Below are positions 54,477-64,000 of a stretch of DNA of 64,000 nucleotides, piece after piece. The stretch's first letter is position 1. Each line of letters begins with the position of its first letter. A program made the position numbers and the translations under genes. The stretch lies in assembly GCA_038087875.1 (NCBI GenBank), contig CM075996.1:6698001-6762000 (forward strand), written 5' to 3'. Source of the stretch: Malacoraja senta. Lineage: Eukaryota. The notes beneath the pieces were generated by a model that searched no databases, had not been told where the DNA came from, and was given only the letters and a program-made list of their open reading frames with translations.

Positions 54477-55694
54477 CTGAATTACTACTGCCACTGGATC
54501 CACTGGAGTCACTGGAATCACTGGAGTCACTGGAATCACTGGAACCACTGGAGTCACTGGAATCACTGGAATCACTGGATCCACTGGAGTCACTGGAGCC
54601 ACTGGAGTCACTAGAGTCATTTGATTCGCTGCTTTCACTGGAGTCACTCGAATCATTTGAGTTACTGGAATCATTAGATTCACTGCTTTCACTTGAATCA
54701 CCAGAATCACTTGAATCTTTGCTATCACTGGAATCACTGCTGTCATCGGAACCACTGGAGTCACTGGAACTACTGGAGTCTTTGCTGTCACTGGAACTAC
54801 TGGAGTCACTAGAATCACTGGAGTCACTAGAATCACTGGAGTCTTTGCTGTCACTGGAGTCACTGGAACTACTGGAGTCTTTGCTGTCACTGGAATCGCT
54901 GGAGTCACTAGAATCACTGGAGTCACTAGAATCACTGGAGTCGCTAGAATCACTGGAGTCACTAGAATCACTGGAGTCACTAGAATCACTGGAGTCACTA
55001 GAATCACTGGAGTCACTAGAATCACTGGAGTCACTAGAATCACTGGAGTCTTTGCTGTCACTGGAGTCACTGGAACTACTAGAGTCTTTGCTGTCACTGG
55101 AATCACTAGAGTCACTGGAATCACTAGAGTCACTACTATCACTAGAGTCACTACTATCACTAGAGTCTCCTGAATCGCTAGAATCACTGGAATCACTGCT
55201 ATCACTGGAGTCGCTGCTATCACTAGAGTCTCCTGAATCACTGGAATCACTGCTATCACTGGAGTCACTGCTGTCACTAGAGTCTCCTGAATCACTGGAA
55301 TCACTAGAGTCACTGGAATCACTGGAGTCACTGCTATCACTAGAGTCACTGCTATCACTGGAGTCACTGCTATCACTAGAGTCTCCTGAATCACTGGAGT
55401 CACTGGAATCGCTGCTGTCACTGGAAACACTGGAATCACTTGAACTGCTGGAGTCACTGCTGTCGCTCGAATCGCTGGAGTCGCTCGAATCGCTGGAGTC
55501 ACTGGAATCGCTGGAGTCACTGGAATCGCTGGAGTCACTGGAATCGCTGGAGTCACTGGAATCGCTGGAGTCACTGGAATCGCTAGACCCACTGCTGTCA
55601 CTGGAATCACTGGAGTCACTGGAATCACTGGAGTCACTGGAGTCACTGGAATCACTGGAGTCACTGGAATCGCTGGAATCTGCCTGTGCTGTAC
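54477..55694 (-). CDS. Acidic DSPP-like protein, exon C (1218 bp, phase 1-1), phosphophoryn-like (Asp-Ser-Ser)n tract
   Basis: Acceptor ttctttaatattccag|, open frame [14 protein letters not shown]...SGSSGSSNS, putative donor CAG|gttgag. Repeat variants (GAC/GAT, TCC/TCT, AGT/AGC) are mostly synonymous in this frame. Confidence 0.85.
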
Positions 55695-56574
55695 CTGGAA
55701 TATTAAAGAACACAATTCAGATTTGGTTTGTGGACCATGAGTCTTGCACGGCCAGTGTAGATCTGCTGTGAGATGGGCCTGTGCTGATGGAACGTACACT
55801 CGATAGTGTGTGAGCTTCCGGAGCTGAGTCCCCGGCTAGTGTACCGGGGGGGTCGCTGGGCGGCGCAGAAACAACGGGCCAAAGGGCCTGTTACCGCGCT
55901 GTATCTCTAAACTAAACTATCATCACCTTTGTCGGAGAATCCCTCATGTCGAGAACCTTTCCTGAATGTCTTCCTGAGTATTCAATACAATACGACACGA
56001 CCCAATAGAACATTATTTATCCCAGGAGGGAAATTGATCTGCCAACATTCAGCTCATTGATACTGTCGGCAGAGTTGCTGCCTCCCAGCGCCAGAGACCC
56101 CGGTTCGATCCTGACTACGGGTGCTGTCTGTGTGGAGTTTGCACCTTCTCCCCCGTGACCTGCGTGGGTTTACTCCGGGTGCTCCGGTTTCCTCCCACAC
56201 TCCAAAGGCGTGCCGGTTGGTAGGTTAATTGGCCCTCTGTAAATTGGCCCTCGTGTGCAGTTGAATGGTTGCATCTTATAGGTGTTGACTTATAGATGGG
56301 GAGCAGAAATGGTTGAGAGTTGGATGAGTGTAAAAATGGGTGTTTGGATGGTCAGCATAGACTCGGTGGGACGGCCTGATTCCATGCTGTAATCTCTCTG
56401 TTATTCTAAGGAATCATTATCTCTTGTAAATCTCCCCTCCATTGGATCTCCATCCCTTCTCTCAGACCCCCGGGTGGCCTCTCTCTCGAGCGGTCCTATC
56501 CACGTTAAGACCTCGGTTGTGACCCATTTAGTTCATTACTTCTCGGGGCAGAATTAGGCCATTCCACCCATCAA

Positions 56575-56883
56575 GGGCGGCACGGTGGCGCAGCGGTAGA
56601 GTCGCTGCCTCACACCGCCAGAGACCTGGGTTCGATCCTGACTACGGGTGCTGTCTGTATGGAGTTTGTACGTTCTCCCCGTGACCTGCGTGGGTTTTCT
56701 CCGGGTGCTCCGGTTTCCTCCCACACTCCAAAGGCGTGCGGGTTTGTAGGTTAATTGGCTCGGGTTAAATTGTAAATTGTCCCCAATGTGCAGGGTAGGG
56801 TTAGTGTGCGGGGGTCGGTGGTCAGTGCGGACTTGGTGGGCCGAAGGGCCTCTTTCGGCGCTGTATCTCTAAACTAAACTAAA
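56575..56883 (+). mobile_element. Full-length tRNA-derived SINE (HE1/V-SINE-like), representative of more than 20 copies in the window
   Basis: tRNA-like head (A box gtggcgcagcgg, B box ggttcgatcc), V-domain-like core (ggagtttgtacgttctccccgtgacctgcgtgggttttctccgggtgctccggtttcctccc), CR1-like 3' end and (ACTAA)n tail. It splits a CR1 fragment at ccatcaag|tctactcc. Confidence 0.9.
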
Positions 56884-57149
56884 GTCTACTCCGCCATTCA
56901 ATCATGGCTGATCTATCTTTCTCTCTCAACCCCACTTTCCTGCCTTCTCCCCGTAACCCCTGACAACCATACTATTCAAGAATCTGTCAATGTCCGCCTT
57001 AAAAATATCCATTGACTAGGCCTCTACTGCTGTCTGTGGCAATGAGTTCCGAGATGGTGCACCAGACCTCCTCACTCGGGACTGGACTACTAGAGAGTCT
57101 TACAGAGTTTGGATTTGTTCATGATTGGAGCTTTAAAGAATCTAATTAG

Positions 57150-57940
57150 AGACAACTAGAATACAAAAACAGGGATGTAATGCTGAGGCTCTATAAGTTG
57201 TTTAAGAAAGAACTGCAGATGCTGGAAAATCGAAGGTAGACAAAAGTGCTGGAGAAACTCAGCGGGTGCAGCAGCATCTATGGAGCGAAGGAAATAGGCA
57301 ACGTTTCAGGCCATAACCCTTCTTCAGACTCTTCAAACCCTTCTTCAGACTCTATAAGGTGCTGGTCAGACCACATTTGGAGTATTGTGAGCTGTTTTGA
57401 TCCCCGGATCTGAGGAAGGATGTGCTGGCATTGGAGAGGGTCCAGAGGAGGTTTACGAGAATGATCCCGGAGATGAGTGGGTAAACACATGATGAGCGTT
57501 TGACGGCACTGGGCCTGTACTCGCTGGAGTTTAGAAGGATGAGGGGGGGGGGACCTCATTGAAACTTACGGAATAGTGAAAGGCCTGGATAGAGTGGATG
57601 TGGAGAGGATGTTTCCACTAGTGGGAGAGTCTAGGACCAGAGGTCACAGCCTCAGAATTAAAGGAGGTTCCTTTAGGAAAGAGATGAGGAGAAATTTATT
57701 TAGTCAAAGGGCGGTGAATCTGTGGAATTCATTGCCACAGTCGGTGGTGGAGGCCAAGTTAATGGATATATTTTACGGCAGAGATAGATAGATTCTTGAA
57801 TAGTATTGGTGTCAGCGGATGTGGGGAGAAGGCAGGAGAATGGGGTTGGGAGGGAAAGATAGATCAGCCATGTTTGAATGGCAGATTGGACTTGATGGGC
57901 CGAATGGTCTAATTCTGCTCCGAGAACATATGAACTTATA
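57150..57940 (+). mobile_element. CR1-clade LINE 3' fragment interrupted by a Penelope-derived repeat
   Basis: ORF 57576-57791 with CR1 motifs; the gaactgcagatgctgg...cccttcttcagac module is inserted at ~57200-57350. Confidence 0.82.
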
Positions 57941-57972
57941 AAGACGGGAACAAAGGGATCAAAATCACGTAC

Positions 57973-58443
57973 CTCCATTCCCATTGCCATTCCCGTCGCC
58001 ATTCCCGTCTCCATCGCCGGCACCATTGTCGATCCCGTTTCCATGCCCATTCCCATCTCCATTGTCCTGTCCGTTCCCATTGTCCTGCCCAAGGCCGTTG
58101 CCGTTCCCGTCTCCGTTCCCATTCCCATTGCCGTTCCAGTCTCCGTTCCCATTCCCATTGTCGATCCCGTTTCCATGCCCATTCCCATCTCCGTTGTCCT
58201 GTCCATTCCCATTGTCCTGCCCATGGCCGTTGCCATTCCAGTCTCCGTTCCCATTCCCATTGTCGATCCCGTTGGCGTTGCCGTTGCCGTTCCAGTCTCC
58301 GTTCCCATGGCCGGTCACAATGGCGTTCCCGTTCCCATTCCCATTCCCGTTGTGGTCTCCGTCGCCGCGTCCGTTCCCACTAGGCTCTGAAATAGAAGAG
58401 CGCGTGATGTTGAGATGGGAGCCGCCAGCGCGTTCCCCGTGGA
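57973..58443 (-). CDS. Acidic DSPP-like protein, exon B (471 bp, or 414 bp from the alternative acceptor at 58386; phase 1-1), Gly-Asn/Asp repeats with RGD
   Basis: Acceptors gtgtcttttccccag| (58443) and tcttctatttcag| (58386) are both in frame; donor G|gtacgt. Encodes ...EPSGNGRGDGDHNGNGNGN...GQDNGNGQDNGDGNGHGNGIDNG... Confidence 0.78.
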
Positions 58444-59941
58444 CTGGGGAAAAGACACGGAGCGCCGGAGTAACATGGCGGGCCCGGCAGCTTGGAAACA
58501 TAGACAAAAAAAAATAGACGCAGGAGTAGGCCTTTCGGCCCTTCGAGCCAGCACCGCCATTCAATATGATTATGGCTGATCATCCAGAATCAGTACCCCG
58601 TTCCTGCCTTCTCCCCATATCCCTTGATTCCGTTAGCCCCAAGAGCTAAATCTAACTCTCTCTTGAATACATCCGGTGAATTAGCCTCCATTGCCTTCTG
58701 TGGCAGAGAATTCCACAGATTCACAACTCTCTGGGTGAAAAGGTTTTTCCTCATCTCAATCCTTATTCTTAAACTGTGACCCCTGGTTCTGGACTCCCCC
58801 CAACATCGGGAACATTTTTCCTCCATCTAGCCTGTCCAATCCCTTAAGAATTTTATATGTTTCTACAAGATTACCCTCTCATCCTTCTAAATTCCAGTGA
58901 ATACAAGCCCAGTCGACCCGTTCTTTCATCTCCGGAGAAATTCCAAGATGGCGCACCAGACTTCCTGACTGGCGTCTGGTCTAATGGAGGGGGCTGAGAA
59001 TTGTCTTCTTCCAGGTTTGGGTTTGTGGGCGATTGGTGCTTTAAAAGAGCCAGCATTGATTTGAGCGGACGAGAATGCAAAAATGTAATGTAAATGGGAT
59101 GCAATGCTGAGGCTCTGTCAGGCGTTGGCCAGGCTGCATTTGGGACAATGCGGGCAGTTTTGGGCCCCGTATCTGCGGAAGGATGTCACTGCCGCTGGAG
59201 GGGGTCCAGGGGAGGTTTACGAGAACGATCCCAGGGATTTCTTCGAAAGTCGGGGACCGTTCAATCAGGCAGCCCAGAGAGGTGAAAGGTCGTCGGGACA
59301 GGAGCGCGGGGAAGGGGGAAGGTTTAGAGGGGTACGCGCCAAAGGTGGGCAAAGGTGGGGACACCTTCAGGGACGGTGTCTCGGTGGCACAGCGGTAGAG
59401 TTGCTGCCTCACAGCGCCAGAGTCCCGGGTTCGATCCTGACTACGGGTCCTGTCTGTACATTCTCCCTGTGACCGTGTAGGTTTTCTCCAAAGACATGCA
59501 GATTTGCAGGTTTAGTTGGCTCCTACAGAGTGTAACCTGTCCCCAGTGTGTGTAGGGTACGTGCTAGTGAACGGGGTGATCGCTGGTCGACGCGGCCTCG
59601 GTGGGCCGAAGGCACTGTTCCCGCGCTGTATCTCCGAAGTCTAAAGTCTAAAGTCTAAAGCTGGGGCACCTTGATAAGTCCATAAGTGATCGGGGCAGAA
59701 TTAGGCCATTCGGCCCATCAAGTCTACTCCGCCATTCAATCATGGCTGATCTATATTTCCCTCTCATCCCCATTCTCCTGCCTTCTCCCGTAACCCCTGA
59801 CACCCGTACTAATCAAGAATTTGTCAATCTCCGCCTTAACAATACCCACTGACTTGGCCTCCACAGCCGTCTGTGGCAATGAGTTCCACAGATTCACCGC
59901 CCTCTGGCGAAAGAAGATGAGGAGAGATTGCGGGCACTCAC

Positions 59942-60181
59942 CGTGGCTGTGACTATCGTCACTGTCGTCACTGTTGGTGTCACCGCTGTCGCTGCTGGCA
60001 TCACCGTATCCGTTTCCGTAGCCGTTGCCCTGGCCGTTGCCGTTGCCGTGGCCGTAACCGTTGCCGTATCTGTTGATGTAGCCGCGCCCGTGGCTGTCGC
60101 CGCTGTCACTGCCGTGCCCGTTCCACTCACCGCTGTCGCTGTCGCTGCCCGCACTGCGCCGCGCCAGGGCGTGCCCGATGT
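59942..60181 (-). CDS. Acidic DSPP-like protein, exon A (240 bp, phase 1-1), Ser/Asp- and Gly/Asn/Tyr-rich
   Basis: Acceptor ccccccctgtgattgcag| and donor G|gtgagt. Translates xIGHALARRSAGSDSDSGEWNGHGSDSGDSHGRGYINRYGNGYGHGNGNGQGNGYGNGYGDASSDSGDTNSDDSDDSHSH. Confidence 0.8.
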
Positions 60182-61847
60182 CTGCAATCACAGGGGGGGC
60201 AAGCTGGAGTTAGACTGGAGCGGGTGGGGGGCTTGCCACAGCCGGCACCATGAAGGCACGGTGGCGCAGCGGGTGGACCTGCTGTCCCACAGCGCCAGGG
60301 ACCCGGCTTCGATCCTGACCAAGGGGTGCTTGTCTGTGCGGAGTTTGTACGTTCTCCCCCCGTGACCCCCCGATTTCCTCCCTAGCGATCCCCGCACACC
60401 GACACTATCCCACGCACACGCACTAGGGACAATTAACCTACAAACCTGCACGTTTCTGGAGTGTGGGAAGAAACCGGAGCACCCGGAGACAACCCACGGG
60501 ATCACGGGGGAGAACGGGCAAACTCCGCACAGACAGCACCCGTAGTCAGGATTGAACCCGGGTCTCTGGCGCTGTGAGGCAGCAACTCTACCGCTGCACC
60601 ACCGTGCGGCCCCGAACTTTCCGTGCTGTCTGTACGGAGTTTGCACGTCCTCCTTGTGACCGCGTGGGTTTTCTCCGGGTGCTCCGGTTTCCTCCCACAC
60701 CTGTGGGTTTGTAAGTTAATTGGCCCTGTGTAAAATTGCCCCCAAGTGTGTAGGGGGTGGATGGGAAAGTGGGATAGCATAAAACTAGTGTACGGATGAT
60801 CGATGGTTGGCGTGGACCCGGTGGGCCAAGGGGCCTGTTTCCGCACTGTATCTCTAAAGTCTAAAGTCTAACGACTAAAGTAAAGATGTTCGGCACATAC
60901 GTTGTGGGCCGAATAGACAATAGACAATAACAATAGGTGCAGGAGTAGGCCATTCGGCCTTCGAGCCAGCACCGCCATTCAATATGATCATGGCTGATCA
61001 TCCCCAATCAGTACCCCGTTCCTGCCTTCTCCCCATATCCCCTGACTCTGCTATTTTTAAAAGCCCTATCTAGCTCTCTCTTGAAAGCATCCAGAGAACC
61101 TGCCTCCACCGCCCTCTGAGGCAGAGAATTCCACAGACTCACAACTCTCTGTGAGAAACAGTGTTTCCTCGTCTCCGTTCGAAATGGCCTACTCCTTATT
61201 CTTGAACTGTGGCCCCTGGTTCTGGACTCCCCCAACATCGGGAACATGTTTCCTGCCTCTAGCGTGTCCAAACCCTTAATAATCTTATATGTAAGATGGG
61301 CCTGTTGTGCTGTACTGTTCTATGCTTAAGGCTATGGTGAGCCCGCCCTTCCTTGGACTCGGTGAACTGAGTGGGATTAGCTACGTCACGTCTTGTTCCA
61401 TCCAAGAACATCTGGGGAAGTTCAGGCAGGCCTGATGGGAAGCAGATATTTACACTCTGGTTTCCTTCCAGACCCTTTAAACAAACGTCTGTCTGCAGCC
61501 ACAGTGCAGCGCGGGGAAGCTCTGGCCTCAATCACAAGAGGAGCAGAGGTTTAAGGTGAGAGGGCTCAGATACAACGACTAGGTTTAGAGGCAGCAGACG
61601 GGCGATAACAAGTCAAGCCACAAAGGGAGACTGCCCGCACGTTCTCCCCGTGACCGCGCGGGTTTTCTCCGGGCGCTCCGGTTTCCTCCCACACTCCAAA
61701 GATGTGCAGGTTTGTGTAGGTTAGTTGTAAATTGTCTCTAATGTTGCGCGTGGGATAGTGCGGGTGTGTGCGGGGTAATCGCTGGTCGGCGCGGGCCAGG
61801 GTGGGCCTGTTTCCGCTCTGTATCTCTAAAACTAGGACCAAGCCTAA

Positions 61848-62166
61848 TAGCCCTGATCCCCCAGTACGAGTTCATTCCAAGAGCTCTCCCGAGTTTAAAT
61901 AAAAATCAAACTCGTGGCAAGCACGGAGAATGAACGTAGCGGGTACGTCGGAGCTCGGGACGTCTCTTAGCGCTAACGGCAGGTACTCGGGAAGACTCGC
62001 TAACGGCAGGTAAGCGTGGAAGACTCGTGAAGATTTTCAACATGATGAAAAATGTCCACGAGAGCCCCGAGTACCGACGAGTGGCCATTGCCGTAAATCT
62101 CCGAGTTCGAATCAGGGCAAACTCGGGAGAGCTCTTGGAATGAACTCGTACCGTGGGACAGGGGTT
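61848..62166. mobile_element. MITE (close to the 3335-3664 copy)
   Basis: Near-identical internal sequence to 3335-3664; right TIR ctcgtaccgtgggacagggg. Confidence 0.82.
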
Positions 62167-62656
62167 TAAAGGTAACCTGAGCTGAACACAGAAAGACCAG
62201 CATTGGAAGGGGAGTAAACATCGGTGGGGGGGGGGGTGATTTTTTAGAAGGCTGCAGATACAGGGGATGAGGGGGGTGTGGGGGGGAGGGGGTCAGGTGC
62301 CAAGAATAAATCGCCTCGACTGCCCGGCAACTGGTTGCTAGGGAAGGCTAGTGAGGATGTGGAGGTGAGCTTGGAAACTTTCAAAAGGTCTCCACCATCT
62401 GAGCAAATAACTCCAGCTTATTACCGGATAAACAGTGACTCACTAAGTAGACCGGTCGATGATCGTCCCACGCTGATGGCTCAACAACGAAGACCAAATT
62501 GACAATCTTCCTCTCTTCAATGAAGAGTCGTTATTCAGTGCCCAGACCAGACAAAGTGGACCGCAGTGTCCGTTCCAGTCCAGAGTGCTCACAAGACTCA
62601 TGGGGCCAGGAAAAAACAGGCTACCACCCTCCGCCCACCTCTCACCCACCCTCATT

Positions 62657-63170
62657 CATTCTTGCTGTTGAGGGAGTGCAGCGTAGGTTTACAAGGTTAA
62701 TTCCCGGGATGGCGGGACTGTCATAAGCTGAGAGAATGGAGCAGCTAGGCTTGTACACTCTGGAGTTTAGAAGGATGAGAGGGCATCTTATTGAAACATA
62801 CAAGATTGTTAAGGGTTTGGACACGCTAGAGGCAGGAAACATGTTCCCGATGTTGGGGGAGTCCAGAACCAGGGGCCACAGTTTAAGAATAAGGAGTAAG
62901 CCATTTAGAACGGAGACGAGGAAACACTTTTTCTCACAGAGAGTGGTGAGTCTGTGGAATTCTCTGCCTCAAAGGGCGGTGGAGGCCGGTTCTCTGGATG
63001 CTTTCAAGAGAGAGCTAGATAGGGCTCTTAAAGATAGCGGAGTCAGGGGATATGGGGAGAAGGCAGGAACGGGGTACTGATTGGGGATGATCAGCCATGA
63101 TCACATTGAATGGTGGTGCTGGCTCGAAGGGCCAAATGGCCTACTCCTGCACCTATTGTCTATTGTCTAT
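62657..63170 (+). mobile_element. CR1-clade LINE 3' fragment
   Basis: ORF 62736-63080 and (CTATTGT)n tail. Confidence 0.88.
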
Positions 63171-64000
63171 TCCTACAAACATCTACTTCCTCTGGGGACC
63201 TGCAGACGCTGGTTTACACCCAAGACAGACACACAAAATGCCGGAGTGACTCAGCGGGACAGGATAGAAGGATCGGGCGACGTTCCGGGTGGAGACCCCG
63301 TTCTTCGGACCGAGAGTCAGGGGAGAGGGAGGCACGGCGATAAGGAAGGGTAAGGTGTGAAAAGGAGACATCGAAAGGGACGAGGAAAGGGTAGGATAGA
63401 TCGTTGTTAGCTCGGAGAAGCTGACAACGAAGCAGACAGAGATAAAATGTAATCAGGAGGACAGTCAGACTGGTCGGAGAACTCAGAGGGGCGAATATCC
63501 TTCTGGTGAATCTGTGGAATTCAGTGCCATAGAAGGCGATGGAGGCCAATTCAGTGGCTATATTTAAGGCAGAGATAGATAGATTCTTGATTAGTGCGGG
63601 TGTCAGGGGTTATGGGGAGAAGGCAGGAGAATGGGGTTGAGAGGGAAAGATTGATCAGCCATGATTGAATGGCGGAGTAGACCTGATGGGCCGAATGGCC
63701 TAATTCTGCTCCTATCACTTATGACCTTATGAACTCCTCAGATCCTCTCCCTCTAATCCTGTCCATTTCGCTTGTGCCAGTCTGCATCGATTTACCCTCC
63801 TGGCTTCCATCCATCCTCCCTGTCTCCGCGCCTCGGGACGGTGGTGCAGCAGGTAGAGCAGCTGCCTCACAGCGCCAGATTCTGCAGGAAGGAACTGCAG
63901 ATGCTGGTTTACACCCAAGGTGGACACAAAATGCTGGGGTATCTCAGCGGGACAGGCAGCCTCTCTGGAGAGAAGGAATAGGGTGACATTTCGGGTCGAG

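Noticed and set aside
54480..55680. Regular short repeats as a CRISPR-like array or simple satellite
   Set aside because: Eukaryotic context, no unique spacers; behaves as a coding 9-bp repeat bounded by splice sites.
54719..55771. 350-aa plus-strand ORF of (LES)n repeats
   Set aside because: Antisense shadow of the DSS exon; I found no supporting splice context or neighbouring exons on +.
54429..55799. 456-aa minus-strand (PVT/PVI)n ORF
   Set aside because: Alternative frame of the same repeat. Unit variation is non-synonymous in this frame, and the splice phases match the DSS frame.
56575..56645. tRNA-like sequence with A and B boxes
   Set aside because: It is the head of a SINE present in many copies, not a tRNA gene.
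57700..58517. MGTETG-repeat and PFPSPF-repeat ORFs
   Set aside because: Alternative frames and antisense of the Gly-Asn exon B.
62438..62520. Minus-strand gtgagt donor as a candidate 5' (signal peptide) exon of the acidic gene
   Set aside because: The phase-1-compatible frame hits a stop within about 12 codons upstream and shows no hydrophobic signal peptide.

Overview
Vertebrate genomic DNA, most likely a cartilaginous fish (skate/ray/shark). This is inferred from the dense HE1/V-SINE-like SINEs, CR1-clade LINE fragments and Penelope-like elements. Most of the window is interspersed repeat. Genes that can be supported: (1) the last three coding exons of JOSD1 on + (2931-3059, 12156-12350, 15399-15497), with an apparent 1-bp deletion in a G-run of the last exon; (2) coding exon 1 of a CBX7-like Polycomb chromobox gene on + (32995-33063), whose later exons I could not find; (3) to the right of a 200-N scaffold gap, a multi-exon minus-strand gene that I reconstructed by hand (exons 60181-59942, 58443/58386-57973, 55694-54477, 52944-52904, then AATAAA at 52737-52732; all introns phase 1; 5' end not found). 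It encodes a Gly/Asn-repeat, RGD-containing protein with a ~400-residue Asp-Ser-Ser tract, resembling dentin phosphophoryn (DSPP), but with intron phases and Ser codon usage that suggest an origin independent of the SCPP family. Many Penelope-derived repeats also carry a minimal hammerhead-ribozyme-like core. Repeat boundaries are read by eye and are approximate.
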